A program made the translations under genes and the position numbers. Below, in pieces: positions 1-7,817 of a stretch of DNA of 64,000 bases. The notes under the pieces are model-generated. The model was given only the letters and a program-made list of their open reading frames with translations, did no database searches and was not told the DNA's origin. The stretch comes from Burkholderiales bacterium (GTDB lineage Bacteria > Pseudomonadota > Gammaproteobacteria > Burkholderiales > SG8-39), in assembly GCA_041617635.1 (NCBI GenBank), contig JBFJOO010000001.1, forward strand, positions 82,375-146,374, read 5' to 3'. Position 1 is the first letter of the stretch. Every line of letters begins with the position of its first letter.

Positions 1-422
1 TGCCCCTCCTCCCGCTGGCGTGCGCCGCCTTCGAGCCGCAGCATGGCCTCCTCGCGCGACTTGAGATCGGCCTTCAGACGGTTGAGATGCTGCTCGCGCG
101 CGATGCGATCGGTCTCGAGCTCGGCGAGCGCGTAGCGTTGGCCGGCGATGCTCTCGGTCAGCGTGGCCGCCTGGGTCGCCAGGCGTGCGCGCTCCGCGGC
201 TGTGCTGTCGAGGCTGGCCTGCAGCGCCGCGGCCGCGCCGCGCGCACTTAGCACCTCGCGCTGGAGCGCGTCGACCTCGCGCTGCAGATTCTCGGTCGCA
301 TCCCGCCGGCCCTGCAGCGAGTTGTGGCTGAGGACGAGAAAGAGGAGGATCACCGCGCCGAAGCCGCACAGCACCGCGTCGATGAACGACAGGCTGAGCG
401 TCTGGGCGGAGCGGCGTTTCAT
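1..422 (-). CDS. Partial (first ~140 aa) membrane-anchored coiled-coil protein with an ExbD/TolR/MotB-like N-terminal TM helix carrying an Asp
   Basis: Absent from the ORF track because it runs off the window. My reverse-complement translation from the ATG at 422-420 reads MKRRSAQTLSLSFIDAVLCGFGAVILLFLVLSHNSLQGRRDATENLQREVDALQREVLSARG...LKADLKSREEAMLRLEGGARQREEG, with no stop down to base 1. The ATG overlaps the stop of the upstream channel gene (tcat at 419-422 = ATGA). Confidence 0.6.
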   Translation of the reverse strand, partial: MKRRSAQTLSLSFIDAVLCGFGAVILLFLVLSHNSLQGRRDATENLQREVDALQREVLSARGAAAALQASLDSTAAERARLATQAATLTESIAGQRYALAELETDRIAREQHLNRLKADLKSREEAMLRLEGGARQREEG

Positions 423-1216
423 CGCGTGCGCAAGTGCCGGACGAGCCGGTCGTTGACGTAAGTCTCGGTGTCGAGCACCAGGCGCTCCTGCGCGAGCTGG
501 AGCTGGTGGACCAGGAACATGAGGACGATGCTCAGGAGCAGCGCGATCAGCGTCGAGTTGAACGCGGTGCCGAGGTTCTGGGTGACGCCGGTGATGTCGC
601 CCTGCACGGCGCGGTGCGCCTGGCCGAGCGCGTTGCCGATCCCGCGCACGGTGCCGATGAAGCCGATGGACGGAATCGCCCATGCGATGTAGCGGATCTG
701 CGCGAGCTCCGAATCGAGGCGCTCGCCCTCGTTCGCGCACAGGGTGCTGGTGGCGGAGGCGACGTCCTGGACCTCCTGGGTGGTCTCGAAGCGCGTGAGC
801 GCTTGGAACACGGCGCGCGGCAGCAACAGGTTGCGCAGCGGCGCCGCCAGCGCATCGAGCGGCTTGGCGTAGCGCCGGGCATCCTCGGGCAGGATCTTGA
901 TGCCCTCGGTCAGCGGCAGCAGGTCCTGCTCGAGGAGATGGCGCTCGCGCAGAACGGTGACGCCCTTGTAGCCGAGGATCGCCAGCGCCCACAGCATCAG
1001 GATGAAACAGGCCTCCTGCTCATAGTCCTTGATCACCACGTAGAACGTGCTCGACACCTCGGCATCCGGCTGCTGCGCGATCAATGTGCGCTGCGCCGCG
1101 AGATCGGCCTCGGCGTGGGGCCGGATCACCGACACGTAGATGCCATGCACGACGATGATGGAGAAGAGGAGCGCGAAGAGCTGGTAGACAAACTCGACCG
1201 AAATCTGCTTGAACAT
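419..1216 (-). CDS. MotA/TolQ/ExbB-family proton channel protein
   Basis: ORF 419..1237. The C-terminal region IAWAIPSIGFIGTVRGIGNALGQA...TQNLGTAFNSTLIALLLSIVLMFLV matches the MotA_ExbB channel signature, and N-terminal TM helices are present. I prefer the ATG at 1216 (MFKQISVEF), which has GAGG 8 nt upstream; the track start at 1237 is a GTG lying inside a repeat. Confidence 0.8.
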   Translation of the reverse strand: MFKQISVEFVYQLFALLFSIIVVHGIYVSVIRPHAEADLAAQRTLIAQQPDAEVSSTFYVVIKDYEQEACFILMLWALAILGYKGVTVLRERHLLEQDLLPLTEGIKILPEDARRYAKPLDALAAPLRNLLLPRAVFQALTRFETTQEVQDVASATSTLCANEGERLDSELAQIRYIAWAIPSIGFIGTVRGIGNALGQAHRAVQGDITGVTQNLGTAFNSTLIALLLSIVLMFLVHQLQLAQERLVLDTETYVNDRLVRHLRTR

Positions 1217-1234
1217 GGATCGCCTCGCTGGTTC

Positions 1235-1396
1235 CACGCCACGAGGGAGGCAAGCCCCCTTCGTGCTCCCCCGATCACGGGGAAAGTCGCCGGCCCGGCC
1301 GGCGACTTTCTTTAGTTTTCACGCCACGAGGGAGGCAAGCCCCCCTTCGTGCTCCCCCGATCACGAGGATAGTCACCGGCCCGGCCGGCGACTTTC
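1235..1396. repeat. Tandem duplication (two ~76-77 bp copies, period 85 bp) of a REP-like unit made of two hairpins
   Basis: Copy 1 is 1235-1310 and copy 2 is 1320-1396, nearly identical (cacgccacgagggaggcaagccccc(c)ttcgtgctcccccgatcacg...ccggcccggccggcgactttc). Each copy holds an imperfect palindrome (cacgagggagg-caag-cccccttcgtg). Each also holds a 9-bp GC stem, gtcgccggc-ccg-gccggcgac (1286-1306), followed by tttc. Confidence 0.9.
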
Positions 1397-1432
1397 TCGC
1401 TTACCCGGGTGACGGCAGTGTACCGGGCGCGA

Positions 1433-1681
1433 TCAGATGTCGACCGGAAACGAGACCGGCGCATCGAGCCGGATTCGCTCGTCGCTACGCTGCCGCTCCC
1501 GCGCTGGCGGCTTTGCCGGGCGCGGCGGACTGGTCTTGTCGTCCTGCTTCGCGTGGTCCTGCGCGGCCGGTGGCGGCTTGCGCTCGCCGGATTGGCCGAC
1601 GGCTGACGCGGAAAAGACGAAGCCCGCGGCAACGATCCACAGCATGACACGTCCTGCAGCAGGCTTCGTTTGCCTCGTCAT
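1433..1681 (-). CDS. Small secreted/membrane-anchored Pro- and charge-rich protein (82 aa)
   Basis: Internal ATG of ORF 1433..1888: MTRQTKPAAGRVMLWIVAAGFVFSASAVGQSG... (signal-peptide-like). This ATG overlaps the stop of the upstream 783-aa gene (tcat at 1678-1681 = ATGA). No family recognised. Confidence 0.5.
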   Translation of the reverse strand: MTRQTKPAAGRVMLWIVAAGFVFSASAVGQSGERKPPPAAQDHAKQDDKTSPPRPAKPPARERQRSDERIRLDAPVSFPVDI

Positions 1682-4029
1682 GGCGCTTCCGTCGCGTAGC
1701 GCGCGCAGCGAAAACCGACATCCGGTCGCGGATCGGCCCCGTAGTCGCGATACGTCCAGCGCAACGCGCTGATGCCCGAATGCATCCAGCTCGAGCCCCG
1801 GATGACGCGGTGCCGGCCGCTCTGCGGACCGATCGGGTCGGTCGCCTCGCCGCCGGGTTTCTGGATCGCGTACACGTCGTGCACCCATTCGGCCACGTTG
1901 CCCGCCATGTCGTGGAGTCCCGCACCGCTCGGCGCGAACCGCCCGACCGGTGCCGAGCCCGCGTAGTCGTCGTCGTAGCCAGGGATCGTATCAGCCAGCA
2001 CCCCCGCCACCGACCGGTCCGCGAAATTGCCGCTGCGCGACGTCGGCGGCATGGCGTCGCCCCACGGAAAACGCGTCGGTTGCGCACTGCCGGCGTGGCG
2101 CGCAGCCCACTCCCACTCCGCTTCGGTCGGCAACCGGTAGCCGCGCCCCACCGGCTGCGCGAGCGCCACGGCGCGCTTCTCGACTCGGTAGGCTTCGGGC
2201 AGCTGCGCCGCAGCGCTCAGACTGTTGCAGTAGGCCGCCGCGTCTTCCCAGCGCACGTTGGCCACGGGCTGCGCTGCGTCGTCGAGGCCGATCGAACCGT
2301 ACCGGCCGGAATCGTGATTCGGTCGGAAGCGGCGGAACTGCGCGTTCGTGACCTCCGTCGCGGCGAGATAGTACGGTCGCTCCAGCTTGACCGCGTGCAG
2401 CGTCTCGTTGGCGCGCTGGCCCGGCTCGCGGCGCGAGGCCCCCATCGTGAACGGACGGGGACGCAGCAAGACCATGATCGTTCCGTCTGGCGCGGTGATG
2501 CGCTCCGCCAAACCTTCGGTTCCAGGCGTGCCGGCCCGGCGCAGGGTCATGCGCAACGTCTGTTCGAAATCCGGCTTGGGCGTGACCCACAGCTGTCCGG
2601 GCGCGAAGCCCTCGCGCGTGATTTCGAGCAGTTGTGGCACGGCCGGCAGCGCGTGCAGCCCGTGGGCCGCACCGTATGCGCGCCCCTCGATCGTGAGGAC
2701 TGCGTCGCGCGGCTCCACCTCGAGCCGCACCTGGCCCAACACCGCTTGCAGGGTCACGCTGAGGCTGCGCGCCTCGTCCGCGGCCAGGCGAACGACGCGA
2801 TTCTCGGCTGCGCGGCCGCGCAGCGATAGCGCGATGCGATGGTCGCGATCGGGGCTGAGCGCCAGGGTGATCGGTGTCGTGCCGACGTAGCGCCCGTCCA
2901 GCGCGACACTCGCGCCGGAGGGCTCGCTCGAGAGCTGCAATCGTCCGTCGGCGGGCGCGAGCGCTACCGGCCCGATGGTCTGCGGCTGGGCAGGCACGAC
3001 GCTGATCTCCTGTTTCCACGCCTTGCGGCCGGGCGCGCGAATCTCGAGCGCGTGAATACCGGCCGAGAGTTCGCCAGTGAACGGCAGACCGGCGCGCTGC
3101 GCGCCATCGATCCAGAGTTGCGCACCCGGGGTGTCCGACAGGATCGTCACCGCCGCGGCGGCCGGGACGAGCGCTGCGGTCAACGTCTGGCGGCGACCCA
3201 GTCCCTCGATGCCGATGCTTGCCGAGTAGTCGACGAAACCCTTCGCGCGCACGACGACCGGATACTCGCCGGCTGGAAGCTCGAGGCCGGCAAGCGGGGT
3301 GGCGCCGCGTATCTCGCCGCCGATGAGCACGACGGCGCCGGTCACGCCGGGCGTCTCGACGGACAGATAGCCGGGCAGCTTCTCCAGCGTGAACGACACT
3401 TCCTGGCGGGAAGCGTCGGTGACCTGGATCTCCCGCTCCAGCGGCTGGTACCCGGAGCGCTCGGCGCGCAGGCGATATGTGCCGGAGAGCGCGAGATACC
3501 CTTCGCCCGCCGGCATCACCGGAATCGTGCCGTCGAGCGTCACCCGGTCGGGCGCAGGCTGTATGGTCACGACGACCATGCGGGCCGCGAACAGATACCC
3601 CATGACCAACGCAAGGGCGGCGAGCGCGGCGAGCACGAGCGGCGCCGCGATCCGGCGCTGCGTCCGCACTGCGGTGGACGCGGGCGGCCCGATCACGATT
3701 GCCACTGGCGTCGGCTCGAGCACGAGACCCAGATCGGTTGCCAGCACCAGCGCGCCCGGCTCCCGCCGCACCGCCACGGTCCGCCCGGCGATCTCGAGCC
3801 GGTCGCCGTCGCGCAGCCATTGCGATCCGCCGAGCCGGTGGCCGTTCAGAAAGACGGCGGTCTCGCCGTCGAGAGACTGCAGGTACGGTTCGCCGCCCGC
3901 TTCGCCGATGACCGCGATGCCGAGCATTCTTCCGTACGGCAATGTGACCAGCAGTCCGCGCGCCGTGAGCTCCGCCGCGCGCTCGCCCTCCGCGCCCCGC
4001 GCGATCACCTTCACACCGGCTCCCGGCAC
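1678..4029 (-). CDS. Multidomain envelope protein: FHA-like N-terminus, one TM helix, PEGA-like repeats, C-terminal FGE-sulfatase (SUMF1/EgtB/PvdO fold) domain
   Basis: 783-aa ORF. FHA-like segment: FLNGHRLGGSQWLRDGDRLEIAGRTVAV. TM helix: IAAPLVLAALAALALVMGYLFAA. Repeated PEGA-like modules: GYQPLEREIQVTDASRQEVSFTLEKL, AKGFVDYSASIGIEG, LDGRYVGTTPITLALSPDR. FGE-domain motifs: RLPTEAEWEWAAR, GNVAEWV, RVIRGSSW, DVGFRCARY. An alternative GTG at 4014 gives a GTGA overlap with the upstream stop. Confidence 0.8.
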   Translation of the reverse strand: MPGAGVKVIARGAEGERAAELTARGLLVTLPYGRMLGIAVIGEAGGEPYLQSLDGETAVFLNGHRLGGSQWLRDGDRLEIAGRTVAVRREPGALVLATDLGLVLEPTPVAIVIGPPASTAVRTQRRIAAPLVLAALAALALVMGYLFAARMVVVTIQPAPDRVTLDGTIPVMPAGEGYLALSGTYRLRAERSGYQPLEREIQVTDASRQEVSFTLEKLPGYLSVETPGVTGAVVLIGGEIRGATPLAGLELPAGEYPVVVRAKGFVDYSASIGIEGLGRRQTLTAALVPAAAAVTILSDTPGAQLWIDGAQRAGLPFTGELSAGIHALEIRAPGRKAWKQEISVVPAQPQTIGPVALAPADGRLQLSSEPSGASVALDGRYVGTTPITLALSPDRDHRIALSLRGRAAENRVVRLAADEARSLSVTLQAVLGQVRLEVEPRDAVLTIEGRAYGAAHGLHALPAVPQLLEITREGFAPGQLWVTPKPDFEQTLRMTLRRAGTPGTEGLAERITAPDGTIMVLLRPRPFTMGASRREPGQRANETLHAVKLERPYYLAATEVTNAQFRRFRPNHDSGRYGSIGLDDAAQPVANVRWEDAAAYCNSLSAAAQLPEAYRVEKRAVALAQPVGRGYRLPTEAEWEWAARHAGSAQPTRFPWGDAMPPTSRSGNFADRSVAGVLADTIPGYDDDYAGSAPVGRFAPSGAGLHDMAGNVAEWVHDVYAIQKPGGEATDPIGPQSGRHRVIRGSSWMHSGISALRWTYRDYGADPRPDVGFRCARYATEAP

Positions 4030-5483
4030 GCGACGAAGACTCCCGGCGCGGGCGAGTCGGGATCCACGACGAGCTCGATCCGCACATCCTTGTACCCCGA
4101 GCGCGATCCCACCACCGTGTACGTGCCGGGCGTAAGCTCGATCTCTCGCGCCTGGAATCGGCCGAGTGACCCGACACGATAGACCGTCACCTCGGTGGCA
4201 GCGTCGGACGTGAGGCGCACGGCGATCGGCGTCGCGGCGCGCCGCAGCGCAGCGTCGAGCTGCGCGCGAGTCTGCGCGAGCCGCGGCCCGCTGGGCGCCG
4301 CATCCGCCGCCGCGAGAACCGTGCGTGCCTCCTCACGCACCGATGGCGAATACAGTCGCTTGGGATCGGCCAGCAGGGCATCGAGCGCGGCGTGCAGCTT
4401 GGCCATGCGCTCGCTGCGCGCGACGCCGCGCTGCGCAAAATCGAGCGCCGGATCGACAGCGAGCGCGCGCCGATACGCGGCGAGGGCCCCGGTCCAGCGC
4501 TCGCCCGCTTCGAGCTGCTGCGCTTCGCTCCGAATCGATGCGATCTGAACGCCCTCGAGACCCTCGTTCGCGCGGCCAAGCCCGTCGGCAGCCGACCGAT
4601 CACCGGGCCGCAGCCGGGCGGCGGCGCGAAACGCCCGCTCCGCGTCCGACCATTCGGCGCGATCGAGGTGGGCGAGCCCGCGGGTGATCAGCTGTGCGAA
4701 CTGCCGGTCCGCGACGCTGCGCTCGGCGCGCGCCAGCGCTTCTTTCGCGGGCCCGAACGCAGGGTCGAGCCGTACGGCTTCGGCGTAGTCACCGCGCGCC
4801 GCCTCCCACTCTCCGGCCCGTGCATGCGCGGCGCCGGCACTCATTCGCTCGAGCACCTTCGCCAGCTGCTCGGCGCGCGCGAGCCCGGCTTGCGCCGGCT
4901 CCGCATCGGGGCGAATCGCCAGCGCCAGACGAAAGGCATCGACCGCCTGCTTCTGATCGCCGGACTGGATCGCGGCCTCGCCGCGCTCGAGCGCTTCCGC
5001 GTACACCGTCTCGGCGCGCCCCGAAATTTCGGTCAGCCGCCGGCTCGCACCCTCGTAGCGCTGCGCACCGCCTGAATGATCGCCACTGGCGACCGCCGCT
5101 GCCGCGCGCGCGGCCGCGTCGATCGCTGCGACAAGGTCCTCCGCCGCCCACGCCTCGGCGCGCTGGTCGCGCACCACCTTCAAGCGCGCCTCGTAACGCG
5201 CTTTCGCTTCCGCGGCCGCCAGTCGTTGGCGCACCACTTCGGCGGTATCCGCCGCTCGCTCGGGAGCGGGCGCGGCGACGGGCGCTGCGGTCTGCGGCGA
5301 CGGACGAGGTGCAAGCCAGCCGGGCAGCAGCACGAACACCGTTGCGGCGAGCGCGATCGCGGCGGCGAACGCGAGCAGGACCCAATGCGCGGCAACCATC
5401 GAACGCGTACGCACGCCGGTCGGCGCCGACGCCGCAGCCGGCGGCGTCCCACCTGCGGAGTATTTCTCTGGCGTCGCGCTCAC
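4011..5483 (-). CDS. Membrane-anchored TPR-repeat protein with C-terminal PEGA-like domain
   Basis: Distal part of ORF 4011..5831. TM helix: MVAAHWVLLAFAAAIALAATVFVLL. TPR-like repeats: AVDAFRLALAIRPDAEPAQAGLARA, ARGDYAEAVRLDPAFGPAKEALARA, AERAFRAAARLRPGDRSAADGLGRA, ALAAYRRALAVDPALDFAQRGVARS. C-terminus: TVYRVGSLGRFQAREIELTPGTYTVVGSRSGYKDVRIELVV. The start is uncertain (GTG 5483 or ATG 5399). The Arg/Ser-rich N-terminus of the track ORF is out-of-frame read-through of the upstream gene. Confidence 0.7.
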   Translation of the reverse strand: MSATPEKYSAGGTPPAAASAPTGVRTRSMVAAHWVLLAFAAAIALAATVFVLLPGWLAPRPSPQTAAPVAAPAPERAADTAEVVRQRLAAAEAKARYEARLKVVRDQRAEAWAAEDLVAAIDAAARAAAAVASGDHSGGAQRYEGASRRLTEISGRAETVYAEALERGEAAIQSGDQKQAVDAFRLALAIRPDAEPAQAGLARAEQLAKVLERMSAGAAHARAGEWEAARGDYAEAVRLDPAFGPAKEALARAERSVADRQFAQLITRGLAHLDRAEWSDAERAFRAAARLRPGDRSAADGLGRANEGLEGVQIASIRSEAQQLEAGERWTGALAAYRRALAVDPALDFAQRGVARSERMAKLHAALDALLADPKRLYSPSVREEARTVLAAADAAPSGPRLAQTRAQLDAALRRAATPIAVRLTSDAATEVTVYRVGSLGRFQAREIELTPGTYTVVGSRSGYKDVRIELVVDPDSPAPGVFVACREPV

Positions 5484-5505
5484 GATGCGCACCGGGCGCG
5501 CAGAA

Positions 5506-6789
5506 CTACCGGCCGCTACCGCTCGTCCCCGGCGCTTCCCGCGCCGACGCTGCGGTCTCCGGCGACTGGCCGGTCTCCGCGACGAACATCTCGCGCAGCG
5601 TCCTGCGCCATTCCGCGTACTGGGTCTCGACCGAGCCGGAAAGCTTGACCGTGCGGCCCTCGACTTCGTCGACGATGGGCGCGACATCGCCCTTGAACGA
5701 CACCCCGAGCTCCTTGATCGCGTCCGCGTGGATCTTCGCGTCGTTCGCGAACTGGCTTCCCGAGCGGAAGACCTCGATGCCGCCGATGACCATGACGCCC
5801 TGCGCCACGTTTCCTGCGGACGTGTCGCCATAGCGGCTGCCGATCAGCACCGCGCCGACAATGGCCGCGGCGCCGAGAATGCGCCGCTCCCACGCCTGCC
5901 GCTCCAGCGCACGCTGCTGGTTGAGCTCCTCGAGATACGACTTGCGCCATTGCCCGTAGGGCTCCCGCATGTCGCTGTAGAGGTTGCCGTAGTACTGGTT
6001 CACCGTGTCGATGAACATGTACTCGCGCTCGCGAATCCGCTTCACTCGCAGGAGCATCGGGTCGCTCTCGGCCGGCAACCTGCTCACGCGGGTGATTCCG
6101 GAACCGTCCTGCGCCAGGTAGCCTGCGAAGGCGTAAGGGGCGACGCTCTTCGCGAACTTGAGCAGCGCGACACGCCGGATCTCGGCGATCTCGCGCGTGC
6201 CGAGCTTCTGCAGGTACGCGAGCATGTCGTTGGCGATCCGGTTGTAGAGATCCTGGTAGGGGTCGTGATCCTTTTCCTTGAGCGACGAGTAGCTCTGCAC
6301 CGTCGCCACCGCCGAATACTCGTTGTCGAACCACACGCGGCCCGTGACGTCGGCCACCGTGATCTGCACCCTGAGCGTCTCGCCGTTGGATTCGAGCAGC
6401 CTCCCCTTCACGCTGACGTCCACCTCTTCGGCCCGGTCGGGGACGACCCGCACCGCGCCCCAGTATCCGGTGCGCTGCAGCGTCTGCTTGAGGTGGAAGG
6501 GAATGAAGCGGGCTTCGGCCGCGTGGATCTCGGAAGCCCCACCCTGCTTCGCATCGGGACCGGCCTCGGGCCCGGCGACCACACTATTCTTCGGTTCAGG
6601 ATCGGCCTTGGGCGTCTGAAGGACATAGATGCCGACGTCCAGCAGCTTCTCCTCGGCCACCGCCGTCTGCGCCGACATCACCGACGTGGGCGTGACCGTC
6701 TGCTTCGTCGGACCCGTGGCGCAACCCTGAACGCCCGCGACGACCAGCGCGGCGACTCCGCACACGATCAAACGCAGCATCGAGATCAT
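5506..6789 (-). CDS. Probable lipoprotein of unknown function with a C-terminal hydrophobic segment
   Basis: ORF 5506..6828. Start at MISMLRLIVCGVAALVVAGVQGCATG (signal peptide plus Cys; the lipobox is imperfect). The ATG overlaps the upstream stop (tcat at 6786-6789). A late hydrophobic stretch reads RRILGAAAIVGAVLIGS...GVMVIGGIEVF. No family recognised. Confidence 0.65.
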   Translation of the reverse strand: MISMLRLIVCGVAALVVAGVQGCATGPTKQTVTPTSVMSAQTAVAEEKLLDVGIYVLQTPKADPEPKNSVVAGPEAGPDAKQGGASEIHAAEARFIPFHLKQTLQRTGYWGAVRVVPDRAEEVDVSVKGRLLESNGETLRVQITVADVTGRVWFDNEYSAVATVQSYSSLKEKDHDPYQDLYNRIANDMLAYLQKLGTREIAEIRRVALLKFAKSVAPYAFAGYLAQDGSGITRVSRLPAESDPMLLRVKRIREREYMFIDTVNQYYGNLYSDMREPYGQWRKSYLEELNQQRALERQAWERRILGAAAIVGAVLIGSRYGDTSAGNVAQGVMVIGGIEVFRSGSQFANDAKIHADAIKELGVSFKGDVAPIVDEVEGRTVKLSGSVETQYAEWRRTLREMFVAETGQSPETAASAREAPGTSGSGR

Positions 6790-7688
6790 CCGCTCGTCCC
6801 CTGCTTGTACTTTCGGTACTCGTCCCACAGCTTCTTCCGCAACTCCGGATCGCGCTCCGCCTCGGCCGCCTTGCGAATCTGGCGGGCGACGATGTCATCA
6901 TCGTTGCCGTCGCCGACGTCAGCGGGCGGCGCCCCGGCCGTTTCCGTCCCCGACGCGCCGCGCTCGCTGCCCCCGACCGGCCCGCCCGGCGAGCCGTCAC
7001 TTGTGGTGCCGCGCGGTCCGCCGTCCGATCGAGCCTCGGCGCCCGAGTCCTTGTCGGCGCCGCGCTTCGCCGCGGTCGAGTCGCCTCCGGCCGACCCCGC
7101 GTTACGCGATCCCGCGGCCCCCTTCCCCCCCTTACCCGATCGAACTCCCGACCCACCGTTGCCGGCATCCGCCGACGCTTCGGCCTCGCGTGCGCGCGCC
7201 TTGCGCGCCTCGTCCAGCAACAGCTGGTCGAACGCTTCCAACGAATTGTTCAGCTTTGCGTCGAGCATGGCCACTTGTTCGGCTTCCGTTGCGGCGGCAA
7301 TCGGCGCCCCAGATCCACCGGCGTTGCTCCTCGACTGCCCGGCGACGCGCTCCGCGAGATGCCTCACCCGCTCGCGATTCTCGGCCACCAGCGCGCGCAC
7401 GCGCACGAGGTATTGATCGAGCCGCGCGCGTTCCTCGGGCCGGGTCGCGGCGCTCGCCCGCGCCACCTCGACACGTTCGGTCAAACGCGCCAGCACCTGC
7501 TCGCTGACCGCCAGGTCGTGACGCGCCCGCGCGAGTGCATCATGCTGCGCGTCCGCCCGCGCAATGCCCGCCGCGACGCAAAGCAACACCACCGCGACGG
7601 CAGCGCCCCGGGCCACCTGCACCGCTTTGGACCGCACCCTGCTCCATTGATTCGACCACGCCATCAAAGGATTCCGATTCACCCGCAC
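6786..7688 (-). CDS. Secreted coiled-coil / low-complexity Gly-Ser-rich protein with conserved-looking C-terminal helix
   Basis: 300-aa ORF. Signal peptide AAVAVVLLCVAAGIARADA, then an A/R/E-rich helical region, a G/S/A-rich disordered region, and the C-terminus DDDIVARQIRKAAEAERDPELRKKLWDEYRKYKQG. First gene of the cluster. Start is either GTG 7688 or ATG 7664. Confidence 0.6.
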   Translation of the reverse strand: MRVNRNPLMAWSNQWSRVRSKAVQVARGAAVAVVLLCVAAGIARADAQHDALARARHDLAVSEQVLARLTERVEVARASAATRPEERARLDQYLVRVRALVAENRERVRHLAERVAGQSRSNAGGSGAPIAAATEAEQVAMLDAKLNNSLEAFDQLLLDEARKARAREAEASADAGNGGSGVRSGKGGKGAAGSRNAGSAGGDSTAAKRGADKDSGAEARSDGGPRGTTSDGSPGGPVGGSERGASGTETAGAPPADVGDGNDDDIVARQIRKAAEAERDPELRKKLWDEYRKYKQGTSG

Positions 7689-7817
7689 ACGATATTCACT
7701 CCCGAAGAGGAGGAAAAAGCAAGCTTCCTGCCAGTCGGCCGAGGAAACTCGCCAAATAATAGATAACGCGCCAGCACTCTCTTCGAGGGACAGCGCGGCC
7801 GGCGGCCCGACCGCCCG

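Noticed and set aside
5485-7416. 643-aa plus-strand ORF, and similar very long ORFs at 9970-11925(+), 14920-17535(-), 18277-20388(+), 40828-42609(+) and 57182-59851(+)
   Set aside because: Each lies antisense to, or out of frame with, genes that carry unmistakable family motifs. Their translations are Arg/Ala/Gly/Pro-rich low-complexity sequence, typical of stop-codon-poor shadow frames in GC-rich DNA.
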